The notes under the pieces are model-generated. The model was not told the origin of the DNA, did no database searches, and saw nothing but the letters and a program-made list of their open reading frames with translations. Below, in pieces: positions 11,772 to 22,331 of a DNA stretch of 64,000 bases. Made by a program: the position numbers and the translations under genes. The stretch's first letter is position 1. Each line of letters opens with the position of its first letter. The DNA comes from an uncultured Clostridia bacterium (GTDB lineage Bacteria > Bacillota > Clostridia > Christensenellales > UBA1242), in assembly GCA_930979925.1 (NCBI GenBank), contig CAKNIB010000001.1, forward strand, positions 95,597-159,596, written 5' to 3'.

Positions 11772-11864
11772 GTATTCTTTGGTTAATAAAAGGGCTATTA
11801 TGTAATGAAACTATAACTATTACATAATAGCAAAAATAAAGATATAATTTACATCACTAAAAAA

Positions 11865-13001
11865 TTACTTAGCATCTTTGTAAATATGCTTTATTGCGTA
11901 AATTAATCTTTGTATTTCTGAAAAAGTGTTAAAGTAAGAAATGGAAACTCTCACTGCTCCTTGCTCAAGCGTTCCTAGAGCTTTATGCTTAATTGGGGCG
12001 CAATGATATCCACCACGCACACATATATCGTACTTTTCATTTAAAATATCTGCAACTTCATTTGAGTGCATATTTTTAATATTAAATGCTATCACACCAT
12101 TGGCATTTTCGGGCTCAGTATACGATTTTATTCCCATCTTAATAAGTTCGTAATTTAGATAGGTGGTGAGGTCGTCAATTTTATTGTTAATTTCTTTGAA
12201 ATTGTCTTCAACAAAGTCAAGCCCGGCGCCTAATCCAATAATAAGTGGCGAGGATATTGTTCCACTTTCAAGTCGCTCTGGAAAAACGTTAGGTTGCACA
12301 AGCTCAAGAGAATTGGTTCCTGTACCGCCAAAAGTTATAGGCTCAGGGCGAAAGTTGTAGTTCATAATAAGAGCGCCTATACTTTGAGGAGCATAAAATC
12401 CCTTATGACCAGCAATTGTGTAGTAATCAACATTATTTTCTTTCATATCAAGCTTAACATGACCGCAACTTTGAGCTCCATCTACAAGAAATATTATCCC
12501 ATGCTCCTTGCAAAAAGCGCCTATACTTTTTATATCTGCTTTAGCACCATTAACATTTGAAATATGATTGCATATAATCATATATGTGTTATCTTTTACC
12601 TCTTTTTGTATATCTTCAAGAGTAATACCAGTTGGCTGTGCTTGGTAGGCAATGCTATAACTTATTTTATTTAGTCGTTTCAAATGTTCAAGCGGTCTTA
12701 ATACGGAATTATGCTCGTTTTCAGTACAAACAACATGACCTCCATCTTTTGCAGAGCCAAGAATTGCTAGGTTTAAAGCTTGAGTGCAGTTTATGGAAAA
12801 AATTACATTTTGTCCGCTTTCTACATTGTAGTGACTGGCTAACTTTTCTCGCACCTCTTCTATTTTCAATGCGGTTTTTATGCTTGCTTTATGCCCACTA
12901 CGTCCTGGATTTGCGGTATAATGAAGAAGGCTGTCGGTTACTGCTTTCACAACTTCTTTTGGCTTAACATAGGTTGAAGCGGAATTGTCTAAATATATCA
13001 T
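11865..13001 (-). CDS. Cysteine desulfurase family protein (class V aminotransferase)
   Basis: IYLDNSAST N-terminus. PLP-lysine context TIAGHKGFYAPQ. RVSISYFNT C-terminus. Confidence 0.8.
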   Translation of the reverse strand: MIYLDNSASTYVKPKEVVKAVTDSLLHYTANPGRSGHKASIKTALKIEEVREKLASHYNVESGQNVIFSINCTQALNLAILGSAKDGGHVVCTENEHNSVLRPLEHLKRLNKISYSIAYQAQPTGITLEDIQKEVKDNTYMIICNHISNVNGAKADIKSIGAFCKEHGIIFLVDGAQSCGHVKLDMKENNVDYYTIAGHKGFYAPQSIGALIMNYNFRPEPITFGGTGTNSLELVQPNVFPERLESGTISSPLIIGLGAGLDFVEDNFKEINNKIDDLTTYLNYELIKMGIKSYTEPENANGVIAFNIKNMHSNEVADILNEKYDICVRGGYHCAPIKHKALGTLEQGAVRVSISYFNTFSEIQRLIYAIKHIYKDAK

Positions 13002-13071
13002 TTGTCAACTTTCCTTTATATTTACAATATAGTGTTTTAGAAGGGATTTTGTGCATATTTAGGAGGTTATC

Positions 13072-13329
13072 GTGCAATTTGTAATAGCGGTTTTCTCGTC
13101 ACGAAATGAGACATTATACCTTGCTAACATGTTTAAATCAAATGGTTTTTACGCTGACATAATAAACACGCCTAAAGAAGCCGGCAGTGCATGTGGAATA
13201 TCAGTTAGATTTGATGCTAATTTACTTCCTGTCGCCCAAAATTTTCTTAGAGCAAAGCCCTTTCGTTCTTTCTATGGTTTTTACAGAGTAACAGTGCGTG
13301 GCAATTATAGAAAGGTAGAAAAAATTTAA
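13072..13329 (+). CDS. DUF3343-like small protein (putative S/Se carrier-like)
   Basis: 85 aa with VFSSRNETLYLANMFKSNGF...TPKEAGSACGISVRF. GTG start after AGGAGG. Divergent from the cysteine desulfurase gene. Confidence 0.6.
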   Translation: MQFVIAVFSSRNETLYLANMFKSNGFYADIINTPKEAGSACGISVRFDANLLPVAQNFLRAKPFRSFYGFYRVTVRGNYRKVEKI

Positions 13330-13348
13330 AGCTTAAGAGTATTTTTAT

Positions 13349-13912
13349 TTGAAATATAAATATGATAAAGATATGAAGACAACTTTTTCATTGCTCAATC
13401 TTGTTATTTTGTCTATTATTCTGACCTATACAATAGGATGCTTTTATTCTTATTTTTATCCAATGAGTTATTCGCAGGAAATAATTAAATACTCGCAAGA
13501 GTATGATGTAGACAGTGCTCTTGTGGCTTCAGTAATAAATACAGAGAGTAGTTTTAAAAAAAATGTGCAGTCGCAAAAGGGGGCGGTAGGTCTTATGCAA
13601 CTTATGCCGACAACTGCAGAATGGCTAGCGGGCAAAGTTGGCGAAGAATACAGCGATGAGAGGCTTTATGAGCCAGAATATAACATAAAACTTGGCAGTT
13701 ACTATTTAAGTTACCTTATCAAATATTTTGGAGATAGGGAGCTTGCGATATGCGCATACAATGCAGGGCAAGGCAATGTTTCAAACTGGCTTGAAGATAA
13801 AAGATATTCAACCGATGGCAAAACTCTAGATAACATACCGTTTGAGGAGACTAAAAACTATTTAAATAAGGTTTATAAGAATTATCGTTATTATAAAAAT
13901 AAGTATAAATAA
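13349..13912 (+). CDS. Membrane-anchored lytic transglycosylase (SLT domain)
   Basis: INTESSF...GAVGLMQLMPTTA...AYNAGQGNV. The start is ambiguous: TTG 13349 or ATG 13373. Confidence 0.8.
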   Translation: MKYKYDKDMKTTFSLLNLVILSIILTYTIGCFYSYFYPMSYSQEIIKYSQEYDVDSALVASVINTESSFKKNVQSQKGAVGLMQLMPTTAEWLAGKVGEEYSDERLYEPEYNIKLGSYYLSYLIKYFGDRELAICAYNAGQGNVSNWLEDKRYSTDGKTLDNIPFEETKNYLNKVYKNYRYYKNKYK

Positions 13913-13973
13913 TTGACTTATTTTTATTTTTATGATAATGTAATTAGTAGTTTAAAGTTTAAAGGAGTAAACA

Positions 13974-15437
13974 ATGCAAGAAACACAAATGCTATCAAAT
14001 GAAGTTGATATTAGAAGAAAGAAAATTGAAGATTTAAAAGCTTTAGGCGAAATACCTTACAAAGAAAAATTTGAAAGAACCTGCACAATAGCTGAAGCTA
14101 GAGAAAAGGTTGGTGAAAGGGTAAAAATAGCCGGTAGAATAATATTTAAACGTGTAATGGGTAAGTTTGGCTTTATCCAAATTAGAGATATCAACGCTAA
14201 AATACAAGTTTCAGTTGGCAGAAATGAGCTAGACGAGCAGGCATATGATTTTTATAAAAAGATGATTGACATTGCAGATTTTGTAGGCGTTGAAGGAGAG
14301 GTATATCTTACTCAAACAGGCGAAGTTACTGTTAGGTGTGAAAAAATAACTTTGCTTTCAAAAACGCTTCGTCCATTACCTGAAAAATTTCATGGTTTAA
14401 ATGACACTGAAACAATTTATAGACAAAGATATCTTGATCTTATAACTAACGAAAAATCACGTCAAGTATTTTTAACAAGGAGCAAGATTGAGTCTTTCAT
14501 TAGACGTTATCTTGAAGATAATGGTTTTATCGAGGTAGAAACTCCAGTTCTTCAAACCAGCGTGTCTGGTGCAAGTGCAAAACCTTTCTTTACTCACCAC
14601 AACGCACTTGATATTGAATGTAATTTAAGAATTGCTACAGAGACATGGCTAAAGCAGTGTATTAGCGCTGGCTTTGACAGAGTATTTGAAATGGGCAAAG
14701 ACTTTAGAAATGAGGGTATAGACCCATCACATTTGCAGGAGTTTACTCAGGTTGAGTGGTATGCCTCTTACTGGAACTTTGAAGATAATATCAAATTTTT
14801 CTATGAACTTGTTAATAAAATGCTGAAAGAGTGCCTTGGTACAACAAAGGTTACCTATCAAGGTCAAGAGATAGAGTTTGCAAGCCAGTGGCCAAGAATT
14901 AATTATGTAGAGAGAATGAATGAGATATTAGGCTTTGATTGTCTTGCAGAAGAAGATGTTGACGCTTTTAAGAAGAAAGTGGTAGAAAAAGGTCTTTATA
15001 CCTATGTTGACCTTGAAGAGTGTAAGACGGTTAGAACTCTTATAGACTATATTTATAAACGCAAGATAAGAGCAGATATAGTAAATCCTACAATAATATA
15101 CAATTATCCGGCAGTGCTTGTACCACTTGCTAGAAGAAACGATAAAGACTCGCGTGTGGCTGATATGTTCCAGGTAGTAGCAGGTGGAGCTGAACTTGTA
15201 AAAGCATATTCAGAACTTGTAGACCCAGTTTTGCAAAGACAGCTTCTTGAGAAGCAACTAGAAGAAAAAGCTATGGGTGATGAAGAAACAATGGATGTTG
15301 ATGAGGACTTCCTTCTTTCAATGGAACATGGTATGCCTCCTATTTCAGGTTTAGGATTTGGTATTGATAGATTTGTGCAGTTCATATTTGACCTGCCAAA
15401 TATTAGAGATACCGTACTATTCCCATTGATGAAATAA
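13974..15437 (+). CDS. lysS: Lysyl-tRNA synthetase, class II
   Basis: OB-fold N-terminus. Class II motifs FRNEGID and GLGFGIDR. Confidence 0.95.
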   Translation: MQETQMLSNEVDIRRKKIEDLKALGEIPYKEKFERTCTIAEAREKVGERVKIAGRIIFKRVMGKFGFIQIRDINAKIQVSVGRNELDEQAYDFYKKMIDIADFVGVEGEVYLTQTGEVTVRCEKITLLSKTLRPLPEKFHGLNDTETIYRQRYLDLITNEKSRQVFLTRSKIESFIRRYLEDNGFIEVETPVLQTSVSGASAKPFFTHHNALDIECNLRIATETWLKQCISAGFDRVFEMGKDFRNEGIDPSHLQEFTQVEWYASYWNFEDNIKFFYELVNKMLKECLGTTKVTYQGQEIEFASQWPRINYVERMNEILGFDCLAEEDVDAFKKKVVEKGLYTYVDLEECKTVRTLIDYIYKRKIRADIVNPTIIYNYPAVLVPLARRNDKDSRVADMFQVVAGGAELVKAYSELVDPVLQRQLLEKQLEEKAMGDEETMDVDEDFLLSMEHGMPPISGLGFGIDRFVQFIFDLPNIRDTVLFPLMK

Positions 15438-15522
15438 AAATCTTGTAAACAAAAGAAAGATAGACTTAAGTGAGGCAAGATTTTAAATAAATCAAATTGT
15501 TTAAATAAATATGGATTAAAAT

Positions 15523-16179
15523 ATGATAGACAAAGAAACAAGAGATAAAGTTGAATATATAAGCAGTAAACTTGATGAGATGTTTGAAAATCCTCGATGC
15601 GAGCTTGAGTATTACACGCCATACGAGTTACTGGTTGCAGTAATTCTTTCTGCTCAATGTACAGACAAGAGGGTAAACATTGTTACAACTCAGCTTTTTA
15701 AAGAGGCGAACACTCCCGAAAAAATGATAAAACTCTCTCAGGAAGAACTTGAAGAGAAAATACACTCGTGTGGTTTTTATCATAACAAAGCAAAAAATAT
15801 TTTGTCTATGAGTAAAGATTTGATAGAGAAATTTGATGGACGAGTCCCGAATGATCTAGAAAAGTTGCAAACTTTAGCAGGGGTAGGGCGAAAGACTGCC
15901 AATGTTGTTTATTCTGAGGCTTTTAAGGGAGATGCTATAGCAGTTGATACGCATGTACTTAGAGTGTCAAACAGGCTTGGGCTTGTAAAAACTGATGACC
16001 CAAAGAAATGCGAACTGCGTCTTATGGAACTATTTGATAAGGGGAGATGGTCAAAACTGCACTTGCAACTTGTACACTTTGGAAGATATGTATGTAAGTC
16101 TATTAAGCCAAATTGTAGCGAGTGTCCATTTACAATTATTTGCAACTATTATGCAATGCATAATAGTCAAAAACACTAA
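15523..16179 (+). CDS. nth: Endonuclease III
   Basis: HhH-GPD (LAGVGRKTANVV...DTHV) and 4Fe-4S cluster loop CKSIKPNCSECPFTIIC. Confidence 0.93.
   Translation: MIDKETRDKVEYISSKLDEMFENPRCELEYYTPYELLVAVILSAQCTDKRVNIVTTQLFKEANTPEKMIKLSQEELEEKIHSCGFYHNKAKNILSMSKDLIEKFDGRVPNDLEKLQTLAGVGRKTANVVYSEAFKGDAIAVDTHVLRVSNRLGLVKTDDPKKCELRLMELFDKGRWSKLHLQLVHFGRYVCKSIKPNCSECPFTIICNYYAMHNSQKH
16146..16166. repeat. Perfect 21-bp palindrome CTATTATGCAATGCATAATAG inside the nth 3' end
   Basis: 10-1-10 perfect inverted symmetry. Its reverse complement matches 49625-49645 at 20/21. Confidence 0.9.
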
Positions 16180-16191
16180 ATAACTACGATG

Positions 16192-16217
16192 TTATGCAAG
16201 ACATAATACTATATATA
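16192..16217 (+). repeat. Recurrent intergenic motif, copy A (TTATGCAAGACATAATACTATATATA)
   Basis: Shares GCAnnnCATAATACTATATA with copies at 44043 and 49628. Ends 21 nt upstream of the obg start codon. Confidence 0.8.
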
Positions 16218-16237
16218 GCAAATTAAAAGAGGTAAAA

Positions 16238-17506
16238 ATGTTTTTAGATAGAGTAAAAATTACAATAAAAGCTGGTAATGGTGGGAATGGTTCGACCTCT
16301 TTTTTGCGCAATGCCATGACTGCTAAAGGTGGTCCGGATGGCGGAGAAGGTGGCAAAGGTGGGGATGTCATTTTCAAGGCATCTCAAAACATAAACACTT
16401 TATATGATTTTAGGTTTCACAAAAAGTTTGTTGCAGAAAATGGCGGAGATGGCGCTAAGAAACTTCAGTCAGGTGCCAATGGGAAGGATATTTTAATAAA
16501 AGTGCCTTGTGGTACGGTTATTATTGACGTGGAAACGAATAAAATAATTGCTGACCTTTATGAAAATGATATGGAGTTTGTAGCTCTTCGTGGTGGGAAA
16601 GGCGGGCATGGGAATGCTTACTACAAGTCATCTGTAAAGCAGGCTCCACATTACTCGCAAACTGGAGAAATCACAAAAGCTAGAGAAGTCATTTTAGAGC
16701 TTAAAACTATAGCAGATGTAGGACTGGTAGGTTTTCCAAATGCTGGTAAGTCAACACTCCTTTCTCGCATATCAAATGCCAATCCTAAGATTGCTAATTA
16801 TCCGTTTACTACACTATATCCTAATTTAGGAGTATGTGAGGTTAAAGGACAAACCTTTGTCGTAGCCGATATCCCAGGGCTTATTGAAGGTGCTAGTGAA
16901 GGTCAGGGACTAGGACATCACTTTTTAAAACATGTTGAAAGAGTTAGGTTAATTTTACATTTAGTTGATATCTCTCAAAGCGATGGAAGAGATTTTATTG
17001 AGGATTATAAGATTATAAATTCTGAGCTTAAAAATTATAGCGAAGAACTTGCTAAAACACCGCAAATTATCGTTCTTTCAAAGATTGATTTAGTAGATGA
17101 AGATACACTAAACGAGAGGTTAGATAGATTTAAAAGAGAAGTTAGTGAGGACTTTATTACAATATCAGGTGCGACCTATCAAGGCATTGAAAAGCTTAAA
17201 CTTTTAACTTTAGAAAAACTAAGTAAATTGCCAAAGAAACCTCCACTGCAGATAGAAGAAAGCGATTTTGACAAGAGAGATTACGGCTCAATCAATATTA
17301 CACGTGATGACGAGGGTGCTTTTGTTATAAGTGGAGGCCGTATTGACAACTTTATCCGAGGAGTTGTGCTTTCTGATACTCGCTCATTTGCATATTTCCA
17401 AAATAAGCTAACCGAAATGGGAATTATTGATATGCTAAAAGAGCGCGGTCTAAAAAATGGCGATACAGTAAAAATAAAAGATATCTCTTTTGAGTATAGT
17501 GAGTAA
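16238..17506 (+). CDS. obg: GTPase Obg/CgtA
   Basis: Glycine-rich Obg fold (GGNGGNG..GGPDGG.GG.GG), G1 GFPNAGKST, G3 DIPGLIEGA. Confidence 0.96.
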   Translation: MFLDRVKITIKAGNGGNGSTSFLRNAMTAKGGPDGGEGGKGGDVIFKASQNINTLYDFRFHKKFVAENGGDGAKKLQSGANGKDILIKVPCGTVIIDVETNKIIADLYENDMEFVALRGGKGGHGNAYYKSSVKQAPHYSQTGEITKAREVILELKTIADVGLVGFPNAGKSTLLSRISNANPKIANYPFTTLYPNLGVCEVKGQTFVVADIPGLIEGASEGQGLGHHFLKHVERVRLILHLVDISQSDGRDFIEDYKIINSELKNYSEELAKTPQIIVLSKIDLVDEDTLNERLDRFKREVSEDFITISGATYQGIEKLKLLTLEKLSKLPKKPPLQIEESDFDKRDYGSINITRDDEGAFVISGGRIDNFIRGVVLSDTRSFAYFQNKLTEMGIIDMLKERGLKNGDTVKIKDISFEYSE

Positions 17507-17553
17507 TAAACCAGTTAAAAATAATTCTAAATTACTGAAAACAAGGAGAAAAT

Positions 17554-17850
17554 ATGATAACAACAAAACAAAGGGCACAACTGCGAGGACTAGGCAACGC
17601 ACTTGAGCCTGTTATGCAAATAGGCAAAGATGGGTTAAGCGAAAATTCTTTTGAAGCAATAGAAGGTCTTTTGGAAGCACGAGAGCTTATTAAAATAAAG
17701 GTTCTAAAAAACTCAGACCTTTCAGCAAAAGAGGTTATGAGCATTCTTTGTCAAAAGCTTAATTGCCAGCCAGTACAAGTGATAGGCGGTATGGTTATTG
17801 TCTACAGAAAATCTTCCAAGAAAGATTTTAAACATATAGAATTGATTTAG
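17554..17850 (+). CDS. yhbY: YhbY-like RNA-binding protein (CRM domain)
   Basis: [22 protein letters not shown]...IKIKV. Follows obg as in Firmicutes. Confidence 0.85.
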   Translation: MITTKQRAQLRGLGNALEPVMQIGKDGLSENSFEAIEGLLEARELIKIKVLKNSDLSAKEVMSILCQKLNCQPVQVIGGMVIVYRKSSKKDFKHIELI

Positions 17851-17911
17851 TTATTTTTAATTAAAAATAATTATATTTTTATAACTATAAATATAAAATA
17901 GAAAGCTAAAA

Positions 17912-18709
17912 TCAAAGTAAATCGCTTTCTATTTTTTTGCTGTTTTGTTTGTAAGTAAGTGAAATTAGGGCAAAGATTAAAAGAAGAGATGCAATAACAC
18001 AATAGTAAATGCTCATTTGCACAAAGAAGCTCAAAATAAATAGCATGATAGCTGATATGATGTATCCCTTTGCTCTTGTTCTATTAAAAGAAAAGGAAAG
18101 GAAGTCTTTAAAGCTATGTTTAACCTTCTTTTGAGGGGTTATTATTTGAGGATAAAAGTCATACTCTTTATAGAGGTTTTCATAGGTTTCATATTTATTT
18201 TGTAGGACAATATCACAAGGAAGGTTCTTTATAAAAGCTGTTAAATTGCTGTCATAATCATTGCATACTATAACAATCTTGTCAACTTTATTTATAGAGC
18301 TAAAAATATCAAGTACTGCATCTGCAGATATATTTTGTATTTTTATAAAAGGCACAAGTGCAACTTTTGACTCGTCAGCATGAGTTAAAAGCACATAACT
18401 TTTATTTTTGCTTACATTTTGATGTCTTGATTTTGCTAGATTATAGAAAAAATCTACTTTGTTTTTATCGTGCAAAAGAGAATAGAACATATTTTCGGCA
18501 TCTTCTTTTTCTTTTGCTTTCAAGCTATTTTTTATGCCTTTTGAGCGCTTAAACATAACGGTTATGAGCTCTATTGTGAGTGTTATTGCAAATGATAAAA
18601 TTATGGCAAGCCAAAGTGAGTCAAGGATAAAACGTAGCCAAATAAAACATATCAAAAATATTAAAGAACACTTAATAAATATTTGCAATATAAAAAGCAA
18701 TTTTCTCAT
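17912..18709 (-). CDS. Hypothetical membrane protein (2 N-terminal and 2 C-terminal TM helices around a ~150-aa cytosolic domain)
   Basis: Hydrophobic segments at both ends. No SD; TATAAT lies 6 nt from the ATG. I recognise no family. Confidence 0.5.
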   Translation of the reverse strand: MRKLLFILQIFIKCSLIFLICFIWLRFILDSLWLAIILSFAITLTIELITVMFKRSKGIKNSLKAKEKEDAENMFYSLLHDKNKVDFFYNLAKSRHQNVSKNKSYVLLTHADESKVALVPFIKIQNISADAVLDIFSSINKVDKIVIVCNDYDSNLTAFIKNLPCDIVLQNKYETYENLYKEYDFYPQIITPQKKVKHSFKDFLSFSFNRTRAKGYIISAIMLFILSFFVQMSIYYCVIASLLLIFALISLTYKQNSKKIESDLL

Positions 18710-18768
18710 ATTTTAATTATAGACAGATTTTTTATTATCAAAACATTTGTTTATAGGCTTATAAAAGT

Positions 18769-18797
18769 TTGACAATGTCACTTTTTTAATTTATAAT
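18769..18797 (+). promoter_or_regulatory. Sigma-A-type promoter for rsfS
   Basis: TTGACA, 17 nt, TATAAT, both hexamers exact. TGACAATGTCA palindrome overlaps the -35. Confidence 0.65.
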
Positions 18798-18826
18798 AAT
18801 AAAAATAAAAATTTCGTGGGGTAAAA

Positions 18827-19171
18827 ATGATAGATAAGGGATATGATTTAGAAGTTCTATATGACTACTTAACTACAAAAAAGTGCAAGGATATAGCCTT
18901 TTATGATTTTAACAAAGAGGGTCACGATTATAAGTATGTAATTCTTGTTACTGTTTCAAATGTTGCGAGTAACAAAAAATTTGCATCGCTTTTAATGGAA
19001 GAGATGGGCTTATCAGATTTTCCTGACGGCTACAGCAAGGGAGAATGGATTATATTTGACTTTGGTGACATAGTGCTTCATTCTTTTGTGCCAGAGACAA
19101 GAGAAAAATATAGCTTGGATAAACTATATAGTACTAAAAAACTTAACCTTACAAAACAAAACAAAAAATAA
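18827..19171 (+). CDS. rsfS: Ribosomal silencing factor RsfS (iojap)
   Basis: GEWIIFDFGDIVLHSFVPETREKYSLDKLY. Confidence 0.9.
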   Translation: MIDKGYDLEVLYDYLTTKKCKDIAFYDFNKEGHDYKYVILVTVSNVASNKKFASLLMEEMGLSDFPDGYSKGEWIIFDFGDIVLHSFVPETREKYSLDKLYSTKKLNLTKQNKK

Positions 19172-19197
19172 CAACAAATTTGTTTTGTTTTTTTTAT
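19151..19197 (+). terminator. Rho-independent terminator after rsfS
   Basis: ACAAAACAAA / TTTGTTTTGT 10-bp stem followed by a T-run. Confidence 0.55.
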
Positions 19198-19218
19198 TTA
19201 TTGTGTTAAAATTTAGCT

Positions 19219-19641
19219 ATGATAAAAATCTGTTTTGTTTGCACAGGAAACACTTGCCGGTCTATAATGGCTGAAAGGCTGATGAAGAAGGTTATAAAAG
19301 AGAAGAAACTTGAAGGATTAAAAATCTCTTCACGCGGACTAAATGCCACAGGAGAAAACATTGCAGATAATGCTAAATTTGCTTTAAAAACCTATCATGC
19401 TTCTAGTGCGAACAGAAAATCGGTTAAACTTGGAAAAATTGACAAAAATACTTTATATGTCACGATGACAGAGTCACAAAAAAATTATATTGGCTCGGAC
19501 AAGGTAATATCTTTTAAATCGCTGATTGGAAAAGATGTCCCTGACCCTTATGGGCAAGATAGAGAGGTATATCTTGCCTGTGCAAAAGAACTATTAAAGG
19601 GCGTTAATGTTCTAATTGAAAAAATTAAGTTATGGAGATGA
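19219..19641 (+). CDS. ywlE: Low-molecular-weight phosphatase, YwlE-like (arginine-phosphatase-type P-loop)
   Basis: P-loop CTGNTCRS and general-acid DVPDPYG. ywlE-rpiB synteny as in Bacillus. Confidence 0.8.
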   Translation: MIKICFVCTGNTCRSIMAERLMKKVIKEKKLEGLKISSRGLNATGENIADNAKFALKTYHASSANRKSVKLGKIDKNTLYVTMTESQKNYIGSDKVISFKSLIGKDVPDPYGQDREVYLACAKELLKGVNVLIEKIKLWR

Positions 19642-19645
19642 AAAA

Positions 19646-20068
19646 ATGATAATATTAGCAAGTGACCATGCGGGCTTTTTACTAAAAGAGGAACTTAAAA
19701 AGTTTTTTAATAAAGAAAATATAATCGTGATTGATGTTGGCTGTTATTCTAGAGAAAATCCAGATGATTATCCTGATTTTGCAAAGCTTGCAAATGCCAA
19801 AGTGAGCGAGGACCCAAGAAATGTAGGTATTTACATTTGTGGCACAGGGATAGGTATGAGCATAGTAGCAAATAGAAATCCTAAGATAAGAGCTGCGCTT
19901 TGCAACAATGAAACTTTTGCTTCACTTGCAAGACGGCATAATGACGCTAATGTGCTTTGCCTTTCAGGAAAATACACAAGACCTAAAAAGGCTATAAAAA
20001 TAGTCAAAGTGTTTTTAACAACAGATTTTGAAGGTGGTAGACACGCAAGAAGAATAAAAAAATATTGA
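19646..20068 (+). CDS. rpiB: Ribose-5-phosphate isomerase B
   Basis: MIILASDHAG...ICGTGIGMSIVANR. ATG 19646 is preferred (GGAG 8 nt upstream). Confidence 0.92.
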   Translation: MIILASDHAGFLLKEELKKFFNKENIIVIDVGCYSRENPDDYPDFAKLANAKVSEDPRNVGIYICGTGIGMSIVANRNPKIRAALCNNETFASLARRHNDANVLCLSGKYTRPKKAIKIVKVFLTTDFEGGRHARRIKKY

Positions 20069-20075
20069 GGTAGAT

Positions 20076-20954
20076 ATGTTAAATGTGGTTATTCCAATAG
20101 TATATGGTGGCAAAAGATATAGGAAGATGTTAAATAGTTTGAGTAACTCCAAAAACATAAACGTATATGTAGGAGTTTGCTCGTCACAGCTTAAAGAGCT
20201 TGGCTTTATAGAGGGAGAGAACATCTATATTATCGAATATCAAGACGGATCAAACAGAGAAGAAATTATAAACGCTCTTCAAAAATATATAAGCGAAGGC
20301 TCTATAATAATTTTGCGAAAGCCAATTAAGGAAAGCGAATTTAATAAATTTGTCAATATGGACAAGGATATTGTAACTTGTCGCAAAGAGTCGGCAGGAG
20401 TAAAAGCATTTTTTGATAACCTATGGCAAAAGATATTAAAACTATGCTTAGGCGTAAGGTTGTACGAAGGCGACACGTCTGTAATATATTTTGCAGAAGA
20501 TATATCTTCGGTTATTCTTGGCTCTAACAATTTAAGCTATAATAGCCGTGTTGATAGATGGAAGGGGATAGAGCAAGGAACGGTTGTTGTAGAAGGTGAA
20601 AAAGTTAAAACTGACATAGATACAAAACTAAATTTAAGAAATATTATAATTTCTATTGTATCTATTATTATTGGAGTTGTAGTCACCACTACCGTTTGCC
20701 TATTTGCAAATGTAAATATTGTTGTCGGGCTTTTACTTTTCTGTCTTGATGTTATATGTGTTTTTGTTGCGGGTATACTTATGATTATGACAGCGTTTAA
20801 CAACACGGTGGGCAAGAAAAAGTTTGGTTTTGCTGCCGAGGTTGAGTCACCACAAGAAGAAAATTATTTAGAAGATGGTTCTATAGACGAAAATGAAGAA
20901 GATGAAGAAATAACTGAAGAAGATTTACAAACAGATGATGAAGAACTTAATTAA
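20076..20954 (+). CDS. Hypothetical GT2-like N-terminal domain protein with 2 TM helices and an acidic tail
   Basis: N-terminus MLNVVIPIV...YQDGSN resembles a diverged GT-A fold. TM pair at about residues 190-240. The last 45 aa are E/D-rich. Confidence 0.4.
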   Translation: MLNVVIPIVYGGKRYRKMLNSLSNSKNINVYVGVCSSQLKELGFIEGENIYIIEYQDGSNREEIINALQKYISEGSIIILRKPIKESEFNKFVNMDKDIVTCRKESAGVKAFFDNLWQKILKLCLGVRLYEGDTSVIYFAEDISSVILGSNNLSYNSRVDRWKGIEQGTVVVEGEKVKTDIDTKLNLRNIIISIVSIIIGVVVTTTVCLFANVNIVVGLLLFCLDVICVFVAGILMIMTAFNNTVGKKKFGFAAEVESPQEENYLEDGSIDENEEDEEITEEDLQTDDEELN

Positions 20955-21974
<1,020 letters not shown>

Positions 21975-21983
21975 AGGTGTAAA

Positions 21984-22319
21984 GTGGAAGACAATGAGAA
22001 TAAAGAGCAAAATCAGAAGGAAGAAACTCTAGCCAAGAAAAAGAAATCTAATGGCGTTTTAAATAGTTTTAATACTATACTTTCTTTTGTGGCTTTTATT
22101 GGTATAGGTTGTATTGCTATCTCTCTACTTTTAACACTAATCTTTGATAACAATGTAAAACTATCTTCTGCTTTTAGTTCTATAGGAGAGGTAATCGCTT
22201 ATATCATTTGCATCATTTTAGCCTTTTCATGGGTAAGAAAACACAAGACAATACCATGGATTGTTTGTTATGTTGTGTTTGTAGTTACGATAGTAGTTTT
22301 ATTTATTCTAACAGTATAA
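21984..22319 (+). CDS. Small membrane protein (K/E-rich N-terminus, 3 TM)
   Basis: GTG start after AGAGGTG. Three hydrophobic helices. Confidence 0.5.
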   Translation: MEDNENKEQNQKEETLAKKKKSNGVLNSFNTILSFVAFIGIGCIAISLLLTLIFDNNVKLSSAFSSIGEVIAYIICIILAFSWVRKHKTIPWIVCYVVFVVTIVVLFILTV

Positions 22320-22331
22320 AAGATTAAACGA

